DNA of 64,000 nt from Ignavibacteriota bacterium (GTDB taxonomy: Bacteria; Bacteroidota; Ignavibacteria; UBA10030; UBA6906): assembly GCA_963808715.1 (NCBI GenBank), contig CAWEHG010000040.1:99420-163419 (forward strand), in the 5' to 3' direction. The notes beneath the pieces were generated by a model, which worked only from the letters and a program-made list of their open reading frames with translations, was not told the origin of the DNA and did not search any database. Of the stretch, positions 1 through 12,413 are shown in pieces (the stretch's first letter is position 1; each line of letters begins with the position of its first letter). The position numbers and the translations under genes are program-made.

Positions 1-1998
1 CAGCCGGTCGATGGGTGCGGCCACGGTGATCGTCGTGTCGCCCCGGTACCGGCGCCTGTCGTTGAAGTCGTACCACTCGCCCGGTGGAAGCGTGACGGTG
101 CGGGTGGTCTGTCCTTCGTGCAGGGCCGGGGCGACAAGCAGGTGGTCCCCGAAAAGGAACTCCTCGACGTCCCTGAGGTACCGCTCTCGCGACGGGTGGT
201 CGAACACCACCGGGCGCATGGCGGGGATCCCGGTGCGCGAGGCCGCGCGCATTGCCGAGTAGATATACGGGAGGAAGCGATAGCGCAGCATGATGGTCCT
301 GCGGTTGATCGCCGTGAACTCCTCCCCGTACTCCCAGGGTTCCTTGTTCTTCTCTCCGATCGCCGAGTGGGCGCGCATCAGCGGGGTGAAGACGCCGAGT
401 TGCAGCCAGCGGGCGAACAGCTCTCCGCCGGGATAGCCGATGAAGCCACCGATGTCGGACCCGACGAACGGGAACCCCGAGACGCCGAGGTTCAGGCACA
501 TCGGCACCGACATCCGGAGGTGTTCCCACGAGGCGACGTTATCGCCGGTCCAGACCGCCGAGTAGCGCTGTCCCCCGGCGAAGCTCGCCCGCGTGAGGAC
601 GAAGGGGCGTTCCCCGGGGAGGCGGCGCAGCACGCCCTCGTAGGTCCCCAGGGTCATCATCATCCCGTAGACGTTGTGGAATCCCTCGTGAGGGACCGCG
701 CGGCCGTCCGCGTTGTGCCGCACGTCCGCGTCCATGGTCTTGGTCGGCACATTGAACACCGACGGCTCGTTCATGTCGTTCCACCACCCGCGCACGCCGG
801 AGTCGACCAGAGCCGAAAAACCGTCGCCCCACCAGCGCCGGGTCGTCGAGGAGGCGAAGTCCGGGAACGCGCATCGTCCCGGCCAGACGTCCCCTTCGAA
901 GCGCGTGCCGTCGGGCTTGCGCGAGAACACGTTCCCTGCCAGGCCTGAACGGTAGGCGTGGTATGTGGTGTCGGTCTTGATGCCCGGGTCCACGATCACC
1001 GCCACCCGGAAGCCGTCGCGCGCGAGGTCGCGCGTCAGTCCCCGCGGGTCGGCGAAGGTCCTGGGGTTCCAGGTGAAGATCCGGTATCCGTCCATATAGT
1101 CGATGTCGAGGTAGATCACGTCGCACGGGATCCGCTTGTCCCTGAAGGTCCTGGCGATCTCGCGGACGCGGGTGTCGGGCGTGTAGCTCCAGCGGCACTG
1201 CTGGTATCCGAGGGACCAGAGGGGAGGCAGGGGCATGCGGCCGACCAGCTCCGTGAACCGGCCCAGGATGTTCCGGGGGGTCGGGCCCGCGAAGAAATAG
1301 TAGTCGAGCGTCCCGCCGGTCGCGCCGAAGGAGTACTGCCGGTCGGATTCCTTCCCGAAGTCGAACGACGAGCGCCAGGTGTTGTCGAAGAAGATCCCGT
1401 AGGCGCGTCCGTTCCGGAGGCCATAGAAGAACGGGACCGAGACGTAGAGCGGATCGGTGCCGGCGTTGTAGGCGGGGATATCCGAGTTCCACATCGTGGA
1501 AGCGGTCGCGCGACGCTGGAATTCCCCCGCCTTCTCGGCGAGGCCGAAATACGATTCATCGCCGGGCATGGACTTCCAGACCCGCACTTCGTCGCCGCAC
1601 CAGGACATTCCTTTTCCGGGGTGGTCGCCGTTGAGGATCCGGCCCTCCGGGTCGCGGAACGTGATCCTCAGCGGCCGTTTCCCCACCGCGACCACGAGCT
1701 GGCTCGAGGAGAACCTCAGCTCTGCAGGTGTGTCCTCGATGGACGTGGCGACCTCGGGCCAGTCGCGGCGCACCACGGCCCAGGAGGTATCGGTGCCCGC
1801 GCGCGGCCCGGGCGGGACATCACCACGCGACAGACGTCGGGGGCCAGGAAGCGGATGCGAGACCGTGGCGGGTCCTGCGACGAGCAGCAGTTCCTGCGAG
1901 GACGGAGCGGAATATGATCCCAGGTCCCCGATGGTCTGCCACTGGGCCAGCAGCTGGACGGGGATGGTCAGTAAGAGAAGGAGGCGGAATGTCTTCAT
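1..1998 (-). CDS. GH31 alpha-glucosidase, secreted (3' end runs off window; frameshifted)
   Basis: Manual minus-strand translation: signal peptide MKTFRLLLLLTIPVQLLAQW from ATG at 1998; GH31 motifs GWWNDMNEP (~765-795), HNVYG, TRASFAGGQRYSAVWTGDN, WLQLGVFTPLMRAH, YLDIDYMDGYRIFTW. Confidence 0.92.
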   Translation of the reverse strand, partial: MKTFRLLLLLTIPVQLLAQWQTIGDLGSYSAPSSQELLLVAGPATVSHPLPGPRRLSRGDVPPGPRAGTDTSWAVVRRDWPEVATSIEDTPAELRFSSSQLVVAVGKRPLRITFRDPEGRILNGDHPGKGMSWCGDEVRVWKSMPGDESYFGLAEKAGEFQRRATASTMWNSDIPAYNAGTDPLYVSVPFFYGLRNGRAYGIFFDNTWRSSFDFGKESDRQYSFGATGGTLDYYFFAGPTPRNILGRFTELVGRMPLPPLWSLGYQQCRWSYTPDTRVREIARTFRDKRIPCDVIYLDIDYMDGYRIFTWNPRTFADPRGLTRDLARDGFRVAVIVDPGIKTDTTYHAYRSGLAGNVFSRKPDGTRFEGDVWPGRCAFPDFASSTTRRWWGDGFSALVDSGVRGWWNDMNEPSVFNVPTKTMDADVRHNADGRAVPHEGFHNVYGMMMTLGTYEGVLRRLPGERPFVLTRASFAGGQRYSAVWTGDNVASWEHLRMSVPMCLNLGVSGFPFVGSDIGGFIGYPGGELFARWLQLGVFTPLMRAHSAIGEKNKEPWEYGEEFTAINRRTIMLRYRFLPYIYSAMRAASRTGIPAMRPVVFDHPSRERYLRDVEEFLFGDHLLVAPALHEGQTTRTVTLPPGEWYDFNDRRRYRGDTTITVAAPIDRL

Positions 1999-2024
1999 GA
2001 GGATCCTCGGAAATCAATGGTGTT

Positions 2025-2143
2025 TCTCGCAAAGCCGCAAAAACAGCAGAAGACGCGAAAGGGGTTGTGGGTTCATTGGTCCCGTTCCCTTCACGCGTCT
2101 TCGCGCACTCGCTCTCATCAGGCTTTGGCGCCTTTGCGTGAGA
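2025..2143. repeat. REP-like long imperfect hairpin (CGCAAAG/CTTTGCG type)
   Basis: TCTCGCAAAGCCGCAAAA pairs with CTTTGGCGCCTTTGCGTGAGA; inner GAAGACGCGAAAGGG pairs with CCCTTCACGCGTCTTC; lies between malK and GH31. Confidence 0.7.
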
Positions 2144-2147
2144 CCCC

Positions 2148-3253
<1,106 letters not shown>

Positions 3254-3312
3254 GGGGTACGGGGGTTTTCTTGCGCAGCAGGGACGGTGCCTTCGAGCGG
3301 AGGCGTTCGAAG

Positions 3313-3341
3313 AATATACCGATGGCCGGAGAGAAATGCCA
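3313..3341 (-). promoter_or_regulatory. Putative sigma70 promoter for malK-GH31
   Basis: Minus strand TGGCAT-17 bp-TATATT, divergent from lacI promoter. Confidence 0.5.
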
Positions 3342-3410
3342 CACGCGCCTGCATGGCGGGTCGATCCCGGGGCTGGCGGACAAAATCTTACCAATAACGG
3401 CAACAGGGGC

Positions 3411-3438
3411 TTGACATTCCGTGAATTTCGCCTATCTT
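3411..3438 (+). promoter_or_regulatory. Putative sigma70 promoter for lacI-TBDR operon
   Basis: TTGACA (3411-3416)-16 bp-TATCTT (3433-3438). Confidence 0.65.
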
Positions 3439-3441
3439 CAT

Positions 3442-3455
3442 TGGAACCGCTTCCA
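3442..3455. promoter_or_regulatory. Putative LacI-family operator
   Basis: TGGAACCGCTTCCA: 14-bp near-palindrome with central CG, typical of LacI/GalR operators, located over the expected transcription start. Confidence 0.7.
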
Positions 3456-3491
3456 CAATTTCCAACCAGTACGGCGTCCAGAGTACCAGAG

Positions 3492-4571
3492 ATGGGTGTC
3501 ACGATCTACGATCTCGCCCGCGAGGCCGGCGTCGGCATCGGCACAGTCTCCCGATGCCTCAACAACCACCCGAGCGTCTCCGCCCGGACGCGCGAGCGCG
3601 TGCTCAGCGTCGTCCGCCGCCTGGAGTACCAGCCCCACACCCACGCGAGCGTCTGGCCTCGCGGCGCACCAACACGATCGCCGCGATCATCCCGTTCTTC
3701 ACCAACTACTTCTCCATCCAGGTGCTGCAGGGGGTGCAGGACAAGGCCAGCGAACTCGGACATCGATCTGATCCTCTACGGCGTCAACCACCCGGCCGAG
3801 GTGGAGGAGTACCTCCGGCGTTCGCTGCAGCGGGGACACGTGGACGGCGTGCTGTTCTTCTCGATGCGGTTCCCCGATTCGTACGTGACGAAGTGCCACC
3901 AGCTGCGGCTGCCGCTGGTCCTCATTGACGCGTACCACTCGGAGTTCGACTCCATCCGGGTCGAGAACAAGGAGGGGGCGATGACCGCCACCCGCCACCT
4001 CATCGGCCTCGGCCACCGCCAGATCGCGATGATCAACGCCAGCCTGGAGACCCTCCCCGCGCAGGAACGCCTGCAGGGGTACCGCGCGGCGCTGCTGGAG
4101 AGCCGGACTTCCGTATGTCCGGGAGAACGTCATCGCGGCCGGCGCCATGGCAGGCAGGACGGGTTCAACCGGGAGTCGGGTGCCATGGCCATGCGCCAGC
4201 TGCTGCCGGCCTTTGCCCGTCCCGATCCCGTCACGGCCGTGTTCGTCGTCAGCGATATCCAGGCCCTCGGCGCCCTGGATGCCGCACGCAAGGCCGGGAT
4301 CCGCGTCCCCGGCGACGTGGCCATCGTCAGCTTCGACGACATCGAGCTGGCCCAGCACGCGGGGTTGACCACCATGCGCCAGCCGATGCATCAGATGGGG
4401 ATGCTGGCGGTCGAGTGCCTGACCACCCGGATGGGAAATCCTGACGGGCCGGTCACGCTCACGACCTTTCACCCCGATCTGGTCATCCGTGATACCTGCG
4501 GAGCCCACGTCTCCCGTCCCGGCAGAGCATTCGCCCCGGCGCCCGACGTGGCGCACGAACCGACCGTCTAA
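3492..4571 (+). CDS. LacI-family transcriptional regulator (internal frameshifts)
   Basis: [27 protein letters not shown]; [36 protein letters not shown]. Confidence 0.95.
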   Translation: MGVTIYDLAREAGVGIGTVSRCLNNHPSVSARTRERVLSVVRRLEYQPHTHASVWPRGAPTRSPRSSRSSPTTSPSRCCRGCRTRPANSDIDLILYGVNHPAEVEEYLRRSLQRGHVDGVLFFSMRFPDSYVTKCHQLRLPLVLIDAYHSEFDSIRVENKEGAMTATRHLIGLGHRQIAMINASLETLPAQERLQGYRAALLESRTSVCPGERHRGRRHGRQDGFNRESGAMAMRQLLPAFARPDPVTAVFVVSDIQALGALDAARKAGIRVPGDVAIVSFDDIELAQHAGLTTMRQPMHQMGMLAVECLTTRMGNPDGPVTLTTFHPDLVIRDTCGAHVSRPGRAFAPAPDVAHEPTV

Positions 4572-4592
4572 TCAACGAGGAGTGCCGCTCGC

Positions 4593-7421
4593 ATGAACCG
4601 CCTCATTCTCAGCCTCGCCCTGGTTGTCCTCGTGACCGGCATCGCCGCCGGCGGCAACACCGGCAAGATCACCGGCATCGTCAAAGACGCCCAGACCGGT
4701 GAAACGCTGGTCGGCGCCAACGTGGTGATCGAAGGGACCATGATGGGGGCCGCGACGAACATCGACGGGTACTACGTGATCCTGAACATCCCGCCGGGCA
4801 AATACATCGCTCGTGGCTTCCGCGGTGGGATTCAACAAGAAGACCACCACCGGGGTGGTCGTCTCCATCGATCTCACCACGACCATCGACTTCGCGCTGA
4901 CCTCCACCGTCGTCGAACGTGGAAGAGGTGGTGGTCACCGCCGAGCGCCCGCTCGTGCAGAAGGACCTCACCGCCAAGACCGCGGTCGTGGGGGGCGACC
5001 AGATCGCCGCCCTCCCGGTGACCGAGGTGGCGAGGTGCTCAGCCTGCAGGCCGGCTTCGTCGCCGGGAGCCTGCGCGGCGGACGCTCCGGTGAGGTCGCC
5101 TACTGGATCGACGGCGTACCGGTCACGGATGCGTTCAACGGGAGCCAGGTCGTGGAGGTGAACAAGAGCGTGGTCTAGGAGATGCAGCTGGTCTCGGGTG
5201 CCTTCAACGCCGAGTACGGCCAGGCGATGTCGGGCATCGTGAACATCGCCACGAAAGAGGGGGGACAGAAGTTCTCCGGCGGAGCGGGGATCTACGGCGG
5301 GACAATACTCTCACGGACGATCAGGATCGCTCTTCCCGGGAACTCAATGCATTCAAGCCCACCGTCGATCCGCAACATCGAGGCGAACCTCAGCGGCCCG
5401 ATCCTCGGGGAGGACCTGACATTCTTCGTCGAACGGCCGGTACATCTACTTCGACGGATGGCAGAAGGGGTACAGCCGGTTCAATCCCTAGAACATCTCC
5501 TATACCGACGACGTCACCCGGCAGTTCACTCTCTACCGCGACGCCTCCGGGCAAGGGGACAGCGCGCTCACCCCCATGAACTGGAGCCGGCGGTACTACG
5601 GCCAGGGGAAGCTCACCTGGCGGGTCTTCTCCACAATGAAGCTGAACGCCAACTACATCTACGATAACACCGAATCCCAGGGCTACAACCGGATGTACTA
5701 TTATAATCCGAACGGGATGGGGACCAGCCACAATACCAGCCAGACCCTCATCATGCAGCTCTCGCAGACCGTCAGCCAGTCCACGTTCTACTCGGTGGGC
5801 TTCTCCTGGTTCCAGCGCGGCGTGAAGTATCACAAGTACGACCTGGAGTACGAGGCGACGAACGACGGCTCCGGCGACCTGATCGAAAAGGACGTCCCCG
5901 ACGGACCGCACTACGTCCATCCGAAGCTGTTCCTGACCAACGATCCGTACAGCTTCTACACCGGCGGGACCGATATGACCCGCTTCCGGAGGACCACGAT
6001 CACGAAGCTGCTGAAGGCCGACCTGTCGAGTCAGCTCGACAACTACAACCTGGTCAAGGTGGGGGTCGAGGTGCGCCGTCACAACATGACCTACGAGAAC
6101 ATCGCGCTCCAGCCGATCCAGACGCAGACGGACATCAACCTGGCGACGGATAGCCCGTACATCCGGACGCGGATCCTCCCGGTGTCGTCCCTCTCTCACG
6201 ACGTGTACGACCGGCGGCCGACGGAGCTCTCGGCCTACATCCAGGACAAGCTGGAGTTCCGCGACTTCATCCTGAACATCGGGCTGCGGTTCGACTATTT
6301 CGAGCCGGACGGGCACGTGCTGAACGACGAACATCCCGATGTGAACGATCCGCTCCACTACACCTATACCGTGGACGATCCGAACATCTACTCGCCGATC
6401 AAGCCGGAGAACCGCGCGCTCACCCTGGAAGAGCGCCAGGCGTTCTGGTACCGGAAGTCCAAGGCGAAGTCCCAGTTCAGCCCGCAGGATCGGGGGATCC
6501 TTCCCGATCACCGACGGCGGCGTGGTCCACTTCTCGTACGGGCACTTCTTCCAGATCCCCCGCTTCGAACGGCTCTACGAGAACCCGGATTTCAAGATCG
6601 GCTTCGGGACGGGGAACCAGGGGATCGTCGGCAACACCGACCTCAGGCCGGAGCAGACGATCAACGGCGAGATCGGCATCCACCAGCAGCTGGCCCCGGA
6701 TCTGGTCGGTCGACGTGACCGCGTACCTTCGTGACATCCGCGGCCTGACCGGGACCAGGGCGGAGGAGATCATCGTCTTCGGCGGAGCCTCGAAGTACAG
6801 CAAATACGTCAACAGCGATTTCGGGTTCGTGAAGGGGATCGTGCTGACCCTCAACAAGCGGTTCGGCGTCCGGGTTCAGCGCCACGATGGACTATACCTA
6901 CCAGGAGGCGAAGGGGAGCGCATCGGATCCGGCGCAGGCCCGCAATGCCCTGGCCGGGGGCTCACTTCCCGAGGTCCAGCTCACGCCGCTCGCCTGGGAT
7001 CAGCGGCACACGCTGAATGTCACCGCATCGTACACCGCCGCTAACTGGGGGGCCAGCGCGATCGGCCGGTACGGCAGCGGCTCGCCGTACACGCCGCGGC
7101 GGCACCACGGACATCACTTCGCTGCTGACCAACAGCCAGACCAAGCCGGCCTACAGCGGGCTGGACCTGCGCGCGTTCTACGAGCTCGCGATCGAACCGA
7201 TCCGGTTCGTCTTCTTCCCAGGGTCTTCAACGTCTTCGACCAGCCGGAACGAGGATCAGGTGTTCGACGATACCGGCCGGGCCGGCTACACGACGGATGA
7301 GGCACGCGTCCGTGCCACGGGGACCCGCGAGCTGGTGAATTCCCTGGACGCCTGGTTCACCCATCCGGAGTACTACTCGGAGCCGCGTCGCATCGAATTT
7401 GGCATGAACCTGGAGTTCTAA
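4593..7421 (+). CDS. TonB-dependent receptor with N-terminal carboxypeptidase-regulatory-like domain (frameshifts, two spurious TAGs)
   Basis: Signal peptide, GKITGIVKDAQTGETLVGANV, EEVVVTAERP, plug LRGGRSGEVAYWIDG and SGAFNAEYGQAMSGIVNIATKEG, SAYIQDKLEF..LNIGLRFDY, C-terminal PRRIEFGMNLEF. Confidence 0.9.
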
Positions 7422-10400
7422 ATGACCACCCGACCCTTCTTCCGAGGCTTGCTGCTCTTCGCCGTGGCGGCATCCGCGTTCGCCCAGAGCGGCCGCGAGA
7501 ACCAGCGCTCAGCCGTCATGAACGGCAACCAGGTCCGCACCGTGTTCGGGAACTGGGGCGTCATCGGCCAGCCCGCCGATACCCGGCCGCAGCGGTCCTG
7601 GAAGAGCGACAACAACGGGTACCTGGGCGACGTGAGTCCCTTCGTCGGCGCCGAAGTCCGATGGCAGGACACGTCGTTCCGTTCGGTCGTGACCACCCCG
7701 CCTCGCGCCCCTCCAGCACTGCCCGACACAGGACCCGGTCTGGGCAGCACTGGACCTTCCAACCGGTGAGCGGGTACTTCGCCGGGTCCCCCAACCAGAG
7801 CGTGGCCATGAGCAACAACACGCAGTCCTGGCCCGAGACCTGGCCCGACAAGCTGACGGATGCGCTCGATCCGGGATGGCACGGATCGTGGAACGGCTAC
7901 TTCGGCAAGCGGATCAGCGCCGATCTGGAAACCTATTTCGTCATGGACGACAACAACGACGAGCGGTTCAATCTTGCGATCAACAACCCGCGGGGGATCG
8001 CGTTCAGGCCCGATTCGCGCAACGCGGGACGGAACGGCCTCGGACTGGAGGTGCGCGTGCGGGGGATGCAGTGGGCGCAGTTCCTCGCGCAGGACAACAT
8101 CTTCTGGCTCTACGAGATCGCCAACACCGGGACGACCAACTACGACCGCGCGGTGTTCGGCATGCTCGTCGGGAACTACGTCGGGCGTGACCGGCAGCGA
8201 CGGATCCCCCAGGAATACGACGACGACTGGTCATTCTACGATGTCAACGAGAACATCACCTACACCGGCGACTTCGACCGGAGCACCAGCCGGAATCCGC
8301 GGTGGAACCAGCGATTCGAGTGGGCATGGTCGGCTACGCCTTTCTCGAAAGCCCCGGCAATCCGTTCGACGGCATCGACAACGACGGGGATGCCGACTCC
8401 GTCCTCGCCGCGGCAGCCGCCCCGTTCTTCACCGAGAACAGTTTTGACTCCATCCTCATCACGGCGGGCTCGAGGATCGTGCTGATCAGGGACGATTTCA
8501 CCCGCGTCGTGTATCACGGTCCCGAGCGGTGGACTCGGTCAAGGTCAAGACCCGCGGGATGAAGGATTCGGTCTGATCAATCCGGGGAGGACCACGGTCG
8601 TGGAAGGGAACGTCGTCCTGGACGTCTCAGGGCAACTCGTCGATGAACCGCAACGCCTACGACGGGATCGACAACAACTTCAACGGCCTGATCGACGAGA
8701 ACTAGTTCCTGCACTACCGGCAGTACAAGAAGAACCGGAATCCCCCGTACAGGTCCTGCTCGATATCCTCCGCCCCGTGCGCCACATCGACTACTGGCCG
8801 GACGGCGGCACGAGCGCGCTCAGCATGATCGACGAGCGGCGGAACGACGGTGTGGACAACGACCGGGACTGGAACTCAGCTGTTCGACGACGTCGGGCGT
8901 GACGGCATCGGCTCCTCCGCGGTGAACTACCCGGCCCCGACTTCGGAGAGAGCGACGGCCAGCCGACATCCGGCTACGATGCTAACGGGAACGACACCGG
9001 ACTGCCCGGCGAGCCGCAACGTCGACAAGACCGACGTGGACGAGTCCGACCAGATCGGGCTGTCCAGCTTCTACTACTTCTCTCCTGCGAACATGGTGCG
9101 TCTGGGAGACGATGAGGAGCTCTGGCGGAACCTCGCACCCGGATTCTTCGACGTGCCGACCTCGATCGTCAACAACCGGCCGGAACGGGGCGAGGACGGG
9201 GACTTCATCTACGGCTCCGGCTACTTCCCGCTGCTGGCGGGGGCGACCGAGCGCTTCTCGCTCGCGCTGGTCTACGGCGGCGGCGCGCGGCGGCAGCGTG
9301 CAGGACGACATCGACGACCTGCTGAAGAACAAGCGGACCGTCCAGAAGATCTACGACGCCAACTACCAGTTCCCCACGCCGCCCGAGAAGCCGACGGTAT
9401 CGGCCGTCACCGGCGACCGGTCGGTGACCCTCTACTGGGACCGCGTGGCCGAGGCCACGGTCGATCCGGTCCTCCGGATCAAGGATTTCGAGGGGTACAA
9501 GATCTACAAATCCACCGACCCCGACTTCAGCGACATCTTCACGATCACCGACGGATCGGCACCGTTCGCGGGTACCTGCCGCTCGCGCAGTTCGACCTGA
9601 GCAATGGCATCAAGGGGTACTTCAAGTCCACCGGGGACCTCTACCAGGCATCGGGCGGGTATGCCTACTTCCTCGGCGACGACGTCGGGCTGCAACACAC
9701 GTTCGTCGACAACGAAGTCGAGAACGGGCGCCGTTACTACTATGCGGTGGTCGCCTATGACCGGGGCGACGAGGTCGCGGGGATCTTCCCGGGCGAGAAC
9801 ACCAAAGTGGTCCGGGTGCTCTCCACCGGCGAGGTCGAACACGACATCAACGTGGCGGTGGTGGTGCCGAACATCCCGTCGGCCGGCTATTCGAAGGCGA
9901 AGGACGGCACGCCACTTGCCCATCCCGCGGGCCCGGCCACGGGCGCCGCAGCCTTCCAGATCGTCGACAACGGCAAGCTGACCGGGCACAAGTACCAGGT
10001 GTCGTTCCTCGACACGCAGATGGATTCGGTCGACAACAACAACAATCTGAAGCTGGACGCGGCGGACTCCACCGAATGGGACCGGCGAACCACGTTCTAC
10101 TACGTTCGCGACCTGACGGAATTCTCGGAGAATTTCACGGTGGAATCCACCGACACATCGGTCATCGTGAATCTCTCAAAGACCAACCTGGTTCCGGGAA
10201 CCGTGAGCGTGCTGACCTCCGGCGGCGCGGCGCTCGCCCACGTCGGCCTACACGGTCAATACGGCGCGCGGGATCATCCAGGCGACCAGCCGCGGATCGA
10301 TCCCGCCCGGGACCTACACGGCGAAGTACCAGTACTATCCGGTGTACCGCAGCCCGAATCTCCAGGGGACGCCGTTCCTCACCGAGAACGCGGAGTCCGA

Positions 10401-11266
10401 CATTTTCGACGGCCTGCAGATCCAGTTCTCGAACCACTGGGTGGTCAAGGACAGCGCGATCACCTGGGTGGGCAAGAACGCCTATGTCGTCAACATCGGG
10501 CCGACGAATCTTACGCTCCTGGATCCGCCGCTCATCGGGTATGCCCGTCCCGCCGACTACGAGATGCAGTTCGCCAACACGGTGGTGGACACCTCTACAC
10601 CCGGGCCGTTCCCGTACGACGTGCCGATCCCGACCAAGTTCAGGATCTTCAACCGGACCGAAGGGCGATACATCGAGTTCTACTACGTGAAGGGAGGGAT
10701 CAAGGATCCGAGCATGATCGAGCCTCTGGACGAAGTGATCCTGGCGGAACCCAACCCCCGCGGGCAGCTCGGCCCGACCTGGGATCTCTTCTTCCTGGCG
10801 AAGCCCGGCGAGCCGGGGGACACCCTTTACAACCTCGGGAACAACGACCGGCTCGTGATCACGATGTTCAAGCCGTTCCGGAACGGTGACGTGTTCGATC
10901 TCGAGACCACCCTGCCTTCGGTGGACCAGGCCGTGGCGAAGAGCACGCTCGACGACATCCGCGTCGTGCCGAATCCCTACGTTACCGCAGCCGCGTTCGA
11001 ACCTCCCCTCAACCCGGGGATCACGAGCGGGCGCGGGGAGCGGAAGATCGACTTCACGAACCTGCCGGCCGGATGCACCGATCCGGATCTTCACCTCCCG
11101 GGGGGACCACGTGGCCACGCTGCAGCACGACGGGTCGATCAGCAACGGGACGGTCTCCTGGAACCTGAGGAGCAAGGAGAACCTGGACGTCGCCTTCGGC
11201 GTCTACTTCTATGTGGTCGAGTCGTCGGTCGGCACCAAGACCGGCAAGATAGCCATCATCAAGTGA
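7422..11266 (+). CDS. Large (~1280 aa) secreted hypothetical protein with DGxDN-type Ca-binding repeats, FN3-like segment and T9SS-like C-terminal domain (frameshifted)
   Basis: Signal peptide ending SAFA-Q; repeats NPFDGIDNDGD, NAYDGIDNNFNGLIDE, RNDGVDNDRDW; VTLYWD..FEGYKIY..YYYAVVAYD; C-terminus IRVVPNPY..IDFTNLP..IRIFT..WNL..GVYFYVVES..GKIAIIK. Confidence 0.8.
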
Positions 11267-11308
11267 GCGGACGACCATGCACACGACTTCTATGAAGAAC
11301 CAGGTGTG

Positions 11309-11392
11309 GCCGCGGAGTCGCCGAGGCGCAGAGGCGGGCTTGAATTCTTCCCGCTCGATCCTCATGCTCAGCGTCCTCTGCGTCTCTGCGGC
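11309..11392. repeat. REP-like hairpin with 8-nt periodic arms (CGCAGAG/CTCTGCG)
   Basis: GCCGCGGAGTCGCCGAGGCGCAGAG pairs with CTCAGCGTCCTCTGCGTCTCTGCGGC. Confidence 0.75.
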
Positions 11393-12384
11393 GATCCTGG
11401 TGGTACATCTGTGCCCCACAGTTCGCGGTGGCGCAGGATAAGATCGGGACGACCGCCGCGCAGTTCCTGAGCATCTCCGTCGGCCCCCGGGCCATGGGGA
11501 TGGGAAGCGCGTACGTCGCGGAAGGACGGGACGCCAGCGCCCTCTACTGGAACCCCGGCGCCTTCCAGCAGGCCGGCCGCTCGGAGCTGTTGTTCTCCCA
11601 CACCAACTGGCTGGTGGGATCCAAGTTCCAGTGGTTCGGGTTCATGTACAACTTCGGCGACGAGAACGCGCTGGGCCTGAGCCTCACGCAGCTGGACTAC
11701 GGCGAGGACGACGTCACCACCGTCAGCCAGCCCACGGGGACAGGCGAGCGGTGGTCGGCACGCGACCTGGCCGTCTCCCTCTCGTACTGCCGGCGTCTGA
11801 CCGACCGCTTCTCCATGGGGGCCACGGTGAAGTACATCGGCCAGAGGATCTGGAACGAGACCGCCAGCTCGTTCGCCTTCGACCTGGGCCTGCTCTTCGT
11901 CACGGGGTTCAACGGGATGCGCCTCGGGGTGACGATGACCAATTTCGGCGGCGACCTGAAGATGGACGGGCGGGACCTGCTGATCCGGGTCGACATCGAC
12001 CCGGCAAATTCCGGTTCCAACAAGGCCCTCACGGGGAGCCTGAAGACGGATCCCTGGGCCCTGCCGCTCCAGTTCCGCGTCGGGCTGGCGATGGACGTGA
12101 TCCAGATGTCCGACATTCGGCTCACCGTGGCCACGGACGCCGTCCGGCCGAACGACAACGCGTCGTACGTCAACGCCGGGGGCGAGCTCGCCTGGAACGA
12201 GATGGTGTTCGTGCGCGGGGGCTACAAGTCCCTGTTCCTGAGCGACCGCGAGGACGGCCTGGCGCTGGGCGCGGGGGTGCGCTACACGCAGCCGGGACTC
12301 GGATCGATCGAAGTGAACTACGCGTACACGCAATTCGGCGTCTTTGGCAATCTGAATACGTTCGCCCTGGCCATTGCGTTCTGA
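11364..12384 (+). CDS. PorV/PorQ-family outer-membrane beta-barrel
   Basis: KIGTTAAQFLSISVGPRAMGMG..ALYWNPG N-terminal signature; alternating beta-strand pattern; terminal F; one indel near 11415 joins signal peptide MLSVLCVSAAILVV..AVA-QDK. Confidence 0.88.
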
Positions 12385-12413
12385 TGCGCAAGGGGGGGAG
12401 AACCGGCGCGGAC

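Noticed and set aside
118-1917. Long plus-strand ORFs (118-948, 958-1917) and similar antisense ORFs elsewhere (e.g. 46142-48142, 49794-51299)
   Set aside because: Shadow ORFs opposite well-supported genes, expected in high-GC DNA
7422-11266. SusD annotation for the gene after the TBDR
   Set aside because: About twice SusD size, no lipobox Cys, no SusD/TPR motifs, and it ends in a T9SS-like CTD
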